From Clostridia bacterium (GTDB lineage: Bacteria; Bacillota; Clostridia; Christensenellales; UBA1242): 64,000 nucleotides of DNA. The notes under the pieces were generated by a model. It made no database searches. It was not told the origin of the DNA and saw only the letters and a list, made by a program, of their open reading frames with translations. The translations under genes and the position numbers were made by a program. Of the stretch, positions 16,984-25,727 are shown piece after piece. The stretch is taken from NCBI GenBank assembly GCA_045534265.1, contig JAZSJH010000005.1:86234-150233 (forward strand), read 5' to 3'. The number at the start of each line of letters is the position of its first letter. The first letter of the stretch is position 1.

Positions 16984-18372
16984 TTATTGTTCTGGAGATA
17001 GGTCTTTAGAGTAGTCGTGAAGAGTAATCTTTCCGTCTGGAGAAACCTTATCTTGTTTTCTTATGTCGCTAGGAAGAACAAGAGTTTTGTCGCTTACTTC
17101 TACATATAGTTCTTTGTCGATATATGCAGGAGTTTGAGCGCCAGGTTTGCCAACATACAACTCATCTGGGTTTGGAGCAAGCTCTTCTTCAGACAATGTT
17201 TGTTTGATTGACTTGATTTGCTCTTCAAAGTGGTTTTTGATTATTTCGTATGTCGCAGGAGAAGAGAATGTTTCGTCAGCAAATGCCTCTAATGTTTCTT
17301 TATCTTCAAAGTACATAGCTCCGTCTGGGAAATATGAATCCATTTGTTTGCCGTACCTATCCGCTCTCATATAGTTTGCAATCGGTACGTACATAATGTT
17401 GTTTCTTTGACAGAACGCTTCAAAGTGGTCTGCAAACTGATATTTTCTAAGGTGGGTAGGGCAAGTTTGAGTAAAGATGCCATTGCCGCCTAGAGTTAAA
17501 GCTTTTATAGATGGCCCTGTTGTTCTAATTGTATGGTCGCCTGGTTTTTGAAGTAATTTTGGAGTTGTAACAACTGCTCTTGTAGAGCCTGCTTGTATTG
17601 TTCCAAAGCCATCATTTAGGCTTTCAACTGTAGCTGAATATCCGTGTGGGTCCATTAGTCTATCTCTCATGCTATATACGTGAGTTTCAGCTCCAGTTGG
17701 ATCGGCGTAAGCTATATTTGGAAGGCCTTTTGTAGTCAAGATTTCGCCGTTTGCGCCACGCATTAGGTCTTCGTGTACAGAGTTTGGAAAATAAGTAGGA
17801 CGCTCAATGTTTAGAAGTCCAGCTTCTTGTCCTGCCATATAAAGTACTAGTTTTGTGTTGGCAGCTTGTACGCTATTGCCTTCGTCACAAATAATAGAGA
17901 ATAGACAAGTTCTGTTTGTTTCTTTATCAAAACCAATAAGTCTTATTACATTGCCTTCTTTATAAAAAGGTACAAGTGGTGTGTCTTTTTGTGTTCTCTC
18001 CCACAATCTTCTGTTAGAGATAGGGAAGGCATTTTTGATGTTCTTTTTTTGTTTAGGATAACCCTGTGGCATATCGCCAAAAGTATATCCTTTCGGTACT
18101 GATATCAAGTCAACTGTTGGTCTTGAAAATCTTTGTTTTATAACTTCGTCTGCAATAGCTGCTACTGCTACGCTGTTGCTTTCTAGTAGTTGTCTAAATT
18201 CGGTTTGTTCTCTTGTCTTTGGAACTCTCAAAAGTGTATCACTTCTTCCAGACTCCATCAAAGAATCATAATATCTTCTCAAAGCACCAGCTAATGCCAT
18301 ATTACCATTTGAGAGTTGTTGTATTAATTGTTCGATATTGTTTCTTTCGTTTGACAAAATAATTCCCTCCAT
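16984..18372 (-). CDS. conserved-looking hypothetical protein (462 aa), family not recognised
   Basis: Long clean ORF with its own promoter and terminator. The true start may be the TTG at 18357, because GGAGG lies inside codons 1-3 of the ATG-initiated ORF, 8 nt upstream of that TTG. Confidence 0.7.
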   Translation of the reverse strand: MEGIILSNERNNIEQLIQQLSNGNMALAGALRRYYDSLMESGRSDTLLRVPKTREQTEFRQLLESNSVAVAAIADEVIKQRFSRPTVDLISVPKGYTFGDMPQGYPKQKKNIKNAFPISNRRLWERTQKDTPLVPFYKEGNVIRLIGFDKETNRTCLFSIICDEGNSVQAANTKLVLYMAGQEAGLLNIERPTYFPNSVHEDLMRGANGEILTTKGLPNIAYADPTGAETHVYSMRDRLMDPHGYSATVESLNDGFGTIQAGSTRAVVTTPKLLQKPGDHTIRTTGPSIKALTLGGNGIFTQTCPTHLRKYQFADHFEAFCQRNNIMYVPIANYMRADRYGKQMDSYFPDGAMYFEDKETLEAFADETFSSPATYEIIKNHFEEQIKSIKQTLSEEELAPNPDELYVGKPGAQTPAYIDKELYVEVSDKTLVLPSDIRKQDKVSPDGKITLHDYSKDLSPEQ

Positions 18373-18386
18373 ATTTTGTTTATAGC

Positions 18387-18415
18387 ATTATATCAAATGT
18401 GTGCAAAATAGTCAA
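18387..18415 (-). promoter_or_regulatory. promoter TTGACT-17-TATAAT of the 462-aa gene
   Basis: On the minus strand, TTGACT at 18415-18410 and TATAAT at 18392-18387. Confidence 0.55.
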
Positions 18416-18670
18416 TAGTGGCTATAAATGTAATATATATAAATAAATATATTTATACAATAAGAGATATTTTTAGCTGTAAAATAGCATTTTTTTGAGC
18501 CAAATTTTATAATAAAATAATACGCAATAGTGGTTTTTGTGGTAAGATTTGTGTGGGGGTAAATATGATTTTAATAGGCAACTCAAGATATTTTTTTGCG
18601 TGTTTTTTGTAATTGATTTTGTTTGCTTAAAAATCAATTTTAAGAAAAAAATATTTTTTTGCTTTTGCGT

Positions 18671-18727
18671 TTGACAAAAGTATTTTATAAGCATATTATA
18701 TTTATGAGCCCCGTATAGGGGGCGGGG
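18671..18727 (+). promoter_or_regulatory. csoR operon promoter (TTGACA-17-TATTAT) plus GC-rich pseudo-palindrome (candidate CsoR operator)
   Basis: TTGACA 18671-18676. TATTAT 18694-18699. GCCCC-N6-GGGGC at 18708-18723, at or after the predicted TSS. Confidence 0.5.
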
Positions 18728-18736
18728 AGAAATAAT

Positions 18737-18997
18737 ATGACAAAAGAAAATAAAAAATCAGCAACAAATAGAGTTGCAACTGTTATGGGACATCTTAACG
18801 GAATTAAAACAATGATAGAAGAAGACAAGTCTTGCGAAGAGATTTTGATACAGTTATCTGCTGTAGAAAGCTCTATCAATAAGCTTGGGAAATTTATATT
18901 AAAAAATCATCTTAATACATGTGTAAAAGATGCGATTAAAAATGGTGAAGAAGATATAATTGACAGATTTAACACTGTATTAGAAAAATTTTTGTAG
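18737..18997 (+). CDS. csoR: CsoR-family metal-sensing repressor
   Basis: 86 aa. C-H-C ligand pattern (KSCEE ... NHLNTC), as in Cu(I)-sensing CsoR. Confidence 0.8.
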   Translation: MTKENKKSATNRVATVMGHLNGIKTMIEEDKSCEEILIQLSAVESSINKLGKFILKNHLNTCVKDAIKNGEEDIIDRFNTVLEKFL

Positions 18998-19006
18998 GAG
19001 CGAAAC

Positions 19007-21295
19007 ATGGAAAAACACGAAGAGAGTGTTTGTGATTGTCCTAGTTGTAGAGCAAGAAGAGAGCGTGAAGCTATGCTCGAAAAATTAAGAGCGCAAGAAC
19101 AAACGGCTCAAGAAAATGGAGAAGTGTCTTGTTGCTGTGGCAAAAAAGCAAAAGATTATACAAAGCGTGATTTGATTATAAGGCTTAGTCTTTTGGGCGT
19201 GTCTTTGGTAGGCATTATATTGAGCTTTATTAATATCTGGTCGCTTGTAGGGCTTGAGCAATTATGGTTTTTAGACTTTGCATACTTAGCTGTTTTTATT
19301 AATGGTTATGATATTTTCAAAACGGCAATTTTGGGATTAAAAAATAAAAAAGTTACATCTTCGTTACTTGTTACGGTTGCAATGCTAGCATCTATTATTT
19401 TGGAGTATACAGTAGATCATAGCGGGCATATGCATAGTTATATTTTTGCGGCTGGCGAAATAGCATTTTTTATGGCTGTTGGTGGGCTTATTGAAGACTG
19501 GACAATAGGGAAGTCTAGACAAGGAATACAAAGACTTCTTGAAATGACACCAAAAACTGCAACTATCAAAATGGGTTCAAAATATGAGCAAATAGCTATT
19601 AGTAAGCTAAAAATCGGTGATGTTGTTTTGGTTAAACCAAATGAACAATTGCCTGTTGATGGTGAGATAGTAAAGGGTGAAAGTTCAATAGACCAATCAT
19701 CAGTTACAGGGGAGTTTGTCCCTGTAGATGTAAAACCTGGCGACAAAGTTTATGGCGCTACTTGGAATAAACAAGGTGTTATAGAAGTAAAAGTAACAGT
19801 AGAGCCAAAGGATATGACTGTTAATAAGCTAATAAACCTAGTAAAAGAAGCCGAAGGTCAAAAAGCCCCAATATCACGACTTGCTGACAAATGGGCTAGT
19901 TTTATAGTCCCAAGTTCTATTATACTGTCAATACTTGTTGGGGTTGTGTCATATTTTGCCTTTGGGCTAACTATTGCCCAAGCGCTTATTCGTGGTACAA
20001 CAATTTTGGTTGTGTTCTGTCCTTGTTCGCTAACGCTAGCCACTCCAACAGCAGTCGCTGCAGGACTTGGAAGTGCAGCATATAATGGCATTATGATAAA
20101 GTCAGGTGACGCTATCGAAAGACTTGCAAAAGTAAATGCAGTTGCCTTTGACAAAACTGGAACAATAACAACCGGAAAACTAAATGTAGAGAAAGTAATT
20201 GCCTTTGAAGAAGGGAAAGAAAACGAAGTTTTGATGCTGGCTGGCAGTGCCGAAAAGTATTCAGAACACCCAATAGGAAAAGCAATTTTTGAGCACGCTT
20301 TAGCAAGACTTGAGCTAAAAGAACCGGTTAATACAAGATCACTTGTTGGCGTGGGGATTACTGCAAAAATAGATAACAAACTTGTCAAAGTTATAAGTTA
20401 CAAACAAGCGCAAAAAGATTATCCAAGTGATAAAAACTTGGAAGCTATTAGTAGTGAACTAGACAAAGGGTATAGCATTGTTGTAGTTGTTTTTGGATTT
20501 AAGATTATAGGCGCAATATGTTTGTTTGATACAATAAGAGATGACGCAAAAAATATCATTAATTTACTAAAAACAAAAGGCTACAAAACAATGATGTTAA
20601 CAGGTGATAACAAAGCCGCTGCTGAATATACAAAATCACTTGTTGATGTAGATGAATATATCGCAGAGCTTATGCCAGAAGACAAACTTGATAGTGTAAT
20701 CGCCCTTAAAAAACAAGGCAATAATGTTTGTATGGTGGGTGATGGAGTAAATGACGCACCGGCTCTTGCGGGGGCAGATAGTTCGATTGCTATGGGCGCA
20801 CTTGGCTCTGATGTTGCAGTCGAAACTGCAGATGTTGCGATAATGAATAGTGATATAAGAAACATATACAATACACTTCATCTTGCAAGAAATACACTTT
20901 CTACAATCAAGCGAAACATAATTATTGCAATGTCAATAAATGCTTTATCTGTAGCACTTAGTTTTTGTGGAATATTAACTCCAGTAACAGGCGTTCTTGT
21001 TCACAACTTCTGTTCGCTATTTGTGGTAATAAGCTCAGCTTTTATCCTAAAAACAAGATATATTAAGCCAGAGAGCGAAAAGGCTCTTCAAAAAACATCT
21101 CAAAGAGAAAAGAAAAAATCTTGCAATTGCGATAAAGTAGTAGAAGAAAAATCTTGTTGTTGTAGCGCAAAAACTACCGCTGAAAAACAAGATAAACAAA
21201 AAACTGAAGATATGTACGAAAACGGTAGAAAGCTATGCAAATGTGGTAAGAAAAAATACTGTACTTGCGGCGAAAACGGAAAGTGTAGTGATTAA
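19007..21295 (+). CDS. heavy-metal P1B-type ATPase with Cys-rich termini
   Basis: CPC in a TM helix, DKTGT, TGDN, GDGVNDAPAL. N-terminal CDCPSC and SCCCG, C-terminal CNC/CCC/CKC/CTC clusters. No GMTCxxC HMA domain seen. Confidence 0.85.
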   Translation: MEKHEESVCDCPSCRARREREAMLEKLRAQEQTAQENGEVSCCCGKKAKDYTKRDLIIRLSLLGVSLVGIILSFINIWSLVGLEQLWFLDFAYLAVFINGYDIFKTAILGLKNKKVTSSLLVTVAMLASIILEYTVDHSGHMHSYIFAAGEIAFFMAVGGLIEDWTIGKSRQGIQRLLEMTPKTATIKMGSKYEQIAISKLKIGDVVLVKPNEQLPVDGEIVKGESSIDQSSVTGEFVPVDVKPGDKVYGATWNKQGVIEVKVTVEPKDMTVNKLINLVKEAEGQKAPISRLADKWASFIVPSSIILSILVGVVSYFAFGLTIAQALIRGTTILVVFCPCSLTLATPTAVAAGLGSAAYNGIMIKSGDAIERLAKVNAVAFDKTGTITTGKLNVEKVIAFEEGKENEVLMLAGSAEKYSEHPIGKAIFEHALARLELKEPVNTRSLVGVGITAKIDNKLVKVISYKQAQKDYPSDKNLEAISSELDKGYSIVVVVFGFKIIGAICLFDTIRDDAKNIINLLKTKGYKTMMLTGDNKAAAEYTKSLVDVDEYIAELMPEDKLDSVIALKKQGNNVCMVGDGVNDAPALAGADSSIAMGALGSDVAVETADVAIMNSDIRNIYNTLHLARNTLSTIKRNIIIAMSINALSVALSFCGILTPVTGVLVHNFCSLFVVISSAFILKTRYIKPESEKALQKTSQREKKKSCNCDKVVEEKSCCCSAKTTAEKQDKQKTEDMYENGRKLCKCGKKKYCTCGENGKCSD

Positions 21296-21303
21296 AAATT
21301 TGA

Positions 21304-21335
21304 AGGGGACAAAAATGTCTCCTTTATTTTTTTGC
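21304..21335 (+). terminator. intrinsic terminator
   Basis: AGGGGACA/TGTCTCCT stem (one G-U pair) followed by a T-rich run. Confidence 0.5.
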
Positions 21336-21394
21336 TCAATAAAATAATTGTTATATTTTGCGTTTTGGTATATAATTAATTTTAGGAGATTAAT

Positions 21395-23938
21395 ATGGAA
21401 AAACTAGTTGTTATTGATGGTAATAGTTTGATTAATAGGGCCTTTTATGCCTTACCACTTTTGTCTAACAAAGACGGTGAATATTCAAACGCAGTGTATG
21501 GTTTTACTAATATGCTTTTGAAAGTTATTCAAGAAGCAAACCCTACACATATCGTAGTTGCCTTTGACTATGGCAAAAAGACCTTTAGAAATGATTTGTA
21601 CAAAGAATATAAGGGCACTCGTAAGGGTACTCCAGACGAACTAAAACCACAATTTGCCATACTAAAAAGATTGCTTGATGCTATGAAAATTACATTTATC
21701 GAAATTTCTGGCGTAGAAGCAGATGATATCATTGGTAGTATTTCTAAAAAGTTTGATGTTCCAACTATTATTTTGACTGGTGATAAAGATAGTTTGCAAC
21801 TAATAGACAATACAACAGAAGTTTGGCTTACAAAAAAGGGTATCTCAGAAACAGCTGTTATGACCGAAGATAGCTTTTTAGAAGCATATGGACTAAAACC
21901 ACCACAAATGATTGACCTAAAATCACTTATGGGTGATAGCTCTGATAATATTCCGGGTGTAAAGGGTGTTGGAGAAAAGACGGCTGTTGACCTACTTAAA
22001 ACTTATGGCACAACAGAAAATGTATACGAAAATATCGAAAATATCAAAGGCAAACTAAAAGAAAAATTAGCCGAAAATAAAGATATGGCATTTTTATCAA
22101 AAACTCTTGCTACTATCAAAACTGATGTTAAGATTAATTACACTCTTGACGATTTTAGATACGATTACCCATTTGGTAGAGAAGTATTTGATATCTTTAT
22201 GCAATACAATTTCAATAGTTTGATTAAACGAAATGAAATTTATAAAAATGGCGAAAACAAAATTTTGTCACAAAAAGAATACAACCTTTGTGAAATACAA
22301 ACTTTAGATGAACTAAAAGAAAAGGTAAACCTTGCCAAAGCAACTAGAATATTTGCTTTTGAGATAGATAGCCCTGTTAGCTTTTCGGTAGATGGCAAAA
22401 CTGAGTATAAAGTTTCTATTGTTCAAGACCTTCTTGGTGGCGGAATATCTTTTGAAGATATACTAGGCACTTTTGCAGAAGTTTTGGACGACAGCGGAAT
22501 TATAAAAATATGTAACGACCGCAAAAAGATTTTGAAAAATTACGACAAATTTTTCACAATAAAAGGCGAAGTTTTTGACACCTTGCTTGCTTATTACCTT
22601 GTTTCGGGCGGAGATAAGGCAAACGTCCAAGAGATGATGCTAAACTACAAGTGTGACGAAAAGTTTATTGCTTGCTCTATGTTTGACCTAAAAGAAACTT
22701 TTGAGAAACTTCTTAAAGAATATGACCTTGAATATCTATATTATGACGTTGAGCTTCCACTTGAGATGACACTATATGATATGGAAAAAACAGGTTTTAA
22801 GATAGATAGAGAAGTTATGCTTTCGCTACAAGAAAACTACTCAAAACAAGTAGTCGAACTTGAAAATATGATATACGACCTAGCAGGTCAAAAGTTTAAC
22901 CTTCAATCACCAAAACAAATAGCAAAAGTTTTGTTTGAAGATTTGGGTTTGAAAACAAATTCTAAAAAAGTATCAACAAGTGCAGAAGTTTTGGAAGAGA
23001 TATCTAACCAACACCCAATTGTTCCTTTGATACTAAGATATAGACAAATCCAAAAACTTGTTGGCACATACCTTATGCCTTTTGACGAACTTACAAAAAA
23101 AGAAGACATTATTCACACAGAATTTAAGCAAATGCTAACTTCAACCGGTAGACTTAGTTCTATAGAGCCAAACCTTCAAAATATCCCAACAAGAACAGAA
23201 GAAGGCAAAGCTTTAAGAAAAATGTTTGTACCGATAAATGAAGATGGCTATCTTGTATCAGCGGATTATTCTCAAATAGAGCTAAGACTTCTTGCTCACT
23301 TTAGCCAAGATAAAAACTTAGTCAATGCCTACAACAGCGGGCAAGATATCCATATGCAGACCGCAAGTGAAATCTTTGGAGTTCCTTTCCAAGAAGTAAC
23401 ACCAAATATGAGAAGAGATGCAAAAGTTGTTAACTTTGGTATTATCTATGGTATGAGTGACTATGGTCTATCTCAAAGTTTGGGTTGTATGGTATACCAA
23501 GCGAAAGACTATATCACAACATACTTTGAAAAGTTCCCGGGCGTAAAAGCCTATATGGACAGAAGTATTGCCTTTGCTAGAGAAAACGGTTATGTAAAAA
23601 CGCTTCTTAATCGTAGAAGAAAAATTTTGGAAATAACATCTAGTAATTACCTAACACGCAAATTCGGCGAAAGGGCAAGTATGAATATGCCACTTCAAGG
23701 GACAGCAAGCGATATAATAAAACTTGCTATGGTAGCTGTTGATAGAGAAATCAAAAAGAGAAACTTAAAGAGTAAACTTATACTTCAAATCCATGACGAA
23801 TTAATTGTAGACACTGCAAAAGATGAACTAAATATCGTAGTAAACCTTTTGAAAGACACAATGGAAAATGTAGTGAAACTAAATGTCCCACTAGAAGTAG
23901 ATGTTAATATGGGTAAAGACTGGTTTGATTGTAAATAA
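21395..23938 (+). CDS. polA: DNA polymerase I
   Basis: 5' nuclease N-terminus (VVIDGNSLINRAFYA), polymerase motifs DYSQIELRLLAH, RRDAKVVNFGIIYG, QIHDELIV. Confidence 0.95.
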   Translation: MEKLVVIDGNSLINRAFYALPLLSNKDGEYSNAVYGFTNMLLKVIQEANPTHIVVAFDYGKKTFRNDLYKEYKGTRKGTPDELKPQFAILKRLLDAMKITFIEISGVEADDIIGSISKKFDVPTIILTGDKDSLQLIDNTTEVWLTKKGISETAVMTEDSFLEAYGLKPPQMIDLKSLMGDSSDNIPGVKGVGEKTAVDLLKTYGTTENVYENIENIKGKLKEKLAENKDMAFLSKTLATIKTDVKINYTLDDFRYDYPFGREVFDIFMQYNFNSLIKRNEIYKNGENKILSQKEYNLCEIQTLDELKEKVNLAKATRIFAFEIDSPVSFSVDGKTEYKVSIVQDLLGGGISFEDILGTFAEVLDDSGIIKICNDRKKILKNYDKFFTIKGEVFDTLLAYYLVSGGDKANVQEMMLNYKCDEKFIACSMFDLKETFEKLLKEYDLEYLYYDVELPLEMTLYDMEKTGFKIDREVMLSLQENYSKQVVELENMIYDLAGQKFNLQSPKQIAKVLFEDLGLKTNSKKVSTSAEVLEEISNQHPIVPLILRYRQIQKLVGTYLMPFDELTKKEDIIHTEFKQMLTSTGRLSSIEPNLQNIPTRTEEGKALRKMFVPINEDGYLVSADYSQIELRLLAHFSQDKNLVNAYNSGQDIHMQTASEIFGVPFQEVTPNMRRDAKVVNFGIIYGMSDYGLSQSLGCMVYQAKDYITTYFEKFPGVKAYMDRSIAFARENGYVKTLLNRRRKILEITSSNYLTRKFGERASMNMPLQGTASDIIKLAMVAVDREIKKRNLKSKLILQIHDELIVDTAKDELNIVVNLLKDTMENVVKLNVPLEVDVNMGKDWFDCK

Positions 23939-23990
23939 TTAATTTTTGAAATGAACTAAAGTGAAACATATAATTAAGAGGTAAGAACAA

Positions 23991-24809
23991 ATGACTTTTG
24001 GTGACTGGTTGTTTTATTGTCCAGATATCCCTACATTTGACAATCCAATGATAAATGGTAGGTGGGGTATATGGCATATACTTACTATTGTTATTAGTAT
24101 TTTGTCAATAATTACACTTATCATTGTAGTAAAAAAAGTTAAAAACAAAGAAAAATCCAAGAAGATTATTGTCACGGTATTAGCATCTTTTCTTATATTT
24201 TTTGAGATAATGATACGTATTGTTAAATTTAAGGTATACTCTCATATATTGACATTTAAGTGGGTTGTTAAATTTTTACTTCCATACGTATGGTGTGCTA
24301 TATCTTGTTGGGCGCTTATATTTTCAGTTTTTATAAACAAAAAATTTTTTTATAACTATGCAAGTACTTCGGCACTTCTTTGCTCGGTTATGTTTTTTAT
24401 AAGTCCCGGCGTTGGTTTTCATAACAAGTATATTACCTTTTGGAATTTGTACTCTATAGTAACACATGCTATACTTTTTGTTATGTCGGTACTTTTGATA
24501 AAGTTTAATTTTGCTGATTTTAAGTACAAGGGTTTTTGGAAAGAACTAATTTGTTATGCTGTTACTTTTTTGTATTCAATACTCACAACATGTGTATTTC
24601 ATATGGAAAAAGACCCTATGTACTTTATGCCAAATGGTGATATACAATTAGACATTTTAGGTATAAGTTATGGACTTTATTTGTCGTTATATATTATTTT
24701 TGTTTTGTTGTATATCAATAGCTTTTATTTGATTGCAGATAGGAATAGTATCAAGAAGCTGTTTGCAAAAAATAATAAAAGTCTGCAATCGCAAGAGAAA
24801 AAGAAATAG
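23991..24809 (+). CDS. multi-pass membrane protein (YwaF-like? uncertain)
   Basis: 272-aa ORF with about 7 hydrophobic helices. Confidence 0.5.
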   Translation: MTFGDWLFYCPDIPTFDNPMINGRWGIWHILTIVISILSIITLIIVVKKVKNKEKSKKIIVTVLASFLIFFEIMIRIVKFKVYSHILTFKWVVKFLLPYVWCAISCWALIFSVFINKKFFYNYASTSALLCSVMFFISPGVGFHNKYITFWNLYSIVTHAILFVMSVLLIKFNFADFKYKGFWKELICYAVTFLYSILTTCVFHMEKDPMYFMPNGDIQLDILGISYGLYLSLYIIFVLLYINSFYLIADRNSIKKLFAKNNKSLQSQEKKK

Positions 24810-24821
24810 TAAAATTTTTAT

Positions 24822-24856
24822 AAAAAGACAGGATAGGTTCTCTGTCTTTTTGTTTT
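24822..24856 (+). terminator. intrinsic terminator
   Basis: AGACAG/CTGTCT stem (24826-24831/24842-24847) followed by a T-run. Confidence 0.55.
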
Positions 24857-24905
24857 TTATGCGGGCTATCTTATAAAATATTGCTTATTTACATATACTA
24901 CTTGT

Positions 24906-25457
24906 ATGGAAAAGACAGAACGAAAAATCTTTATAACATTTTCTGTAATTTTGGGCGGTGTGTTTATTTTTGTGTGTATGTACTTGGCTTATTTTTGGCT
25001 AAAATACCCCCTAAATTATGGCGATAGTATAAGATTGTATGCAGATAAGTTTGATATAGACCCGTCACTTGTTGCTAGCATTATAAACGAAGAAAGTAGT
25101 TTTGAAACTAATGTTGTATCTAGAAAGGGTGCGGTTGGACTTATGCAGATTATGCCAAGAACGGCTGTGTTTGTAGCGGATATGCTAGGCGAAAGTATCG
25201 ACACCAAAACCCTTGTCCAAAGCGACACCAACATAAAACTTGGGACTAAATACCTTGATTATTTGCAAGATAAGTTTCAAGATGAGACTGTTGTTTTGGC
25301 TTGTTATAATGCCGGCGAAGGTGTTGTTAGAAACTGGCTCAAAGACGCAAGATATTCGACAGATGGTAAAACCTTAAAGTTTGTACCCTACAAAGAAACA
25401 AGAGAATATATCAAAAACGTTCAAAAAGGCAAAGAGATTTATAAATCTAAATTATAA
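24906..25457 (+). CDS. lytic transglycosylase (SLT domain), membrane-anchored
   Basis: ESSFETNVVSRKGAVGLMQIMP catalytic block. N-terminal TM helix. Confidence 0.8.
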   Translation: MEKTERKIFITFSVILGGVFIFVCMYLAYFWLKYPLNYGDSIRLYADKFDIDPSLVASIINEESSFETNVVSRKGAVGLMQIMPRTAVFVADMLGESIDTKTLVQSDTNIKLGTKYLDYLQDKFQDETVVLACYNAGEGVVRNWLKDARYSTDGKTLKFVPYKETREYIKNVQKGKEIYKSKL

Positions 25458-25459
25458 CC

Positions 25460-25488
25460 TTGACAATTTTTTTTAATAAGAGTATACT
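25460..25488 (+). promoter_or_regulatory. promoter TTGACA-17-TATACT
   Basis: TTGACA 25460-25465. TATACT 25483-25488. Confidence 0.5.
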
Positions 25489-25535
25489 GCAAGTAGTGAA
25501 AAACAATTTTCGCTATAACAAAGGGAAATTTTTTG

Positions 25536-25586
25536 ATGACAATTAATCTAATAAAAAAATGCAATAAAAAATCTAAGGCTAAATAA
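25536..25586 (+). CDS. 16-codon Lys-rich small ORF (MTINLIKKCNKKSKAK), speculative
   Basis: ATG preceded by AAGGGA. Lies between the promoter and the terminator. 6 of 16 codons are Lys. Confidence 0.25.
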   Translation: MTINLIKKCNKKSKAK

Positions 25587-25610
25587 GTTTAGTCATTATT
25601 TTGTTGCAAA

Positions 25611-25648
25611 GCGGTATAGCACAAAATATGGCTATACCGTTTTTTATT
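25611..25648 (+). terminator. intrinsic terminator 80 nt upstream of lysS
   Basis: CGGTATAGC/GCTATACCG 9-bp stem (25612-25620/25631-25639) followed by T6. Confidence 0.65.
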
Positions 25649-25727
25649 ATATTTATTAATATTATTAAAATAGTTGTTTTACTTTGTTAAATATGTTATT
25701 ATCAAAAAAGGTAAAAAGGGAAAAATT

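Noticed and set aside
25458-25727. T-box or lysine (L-box) riboswitch upstream of lysS.
   Set aside because: No T-box consensus (…GGTGGNACCGCG…) or L-box core was seen, and the region is too short and AT-rich for an L-box.
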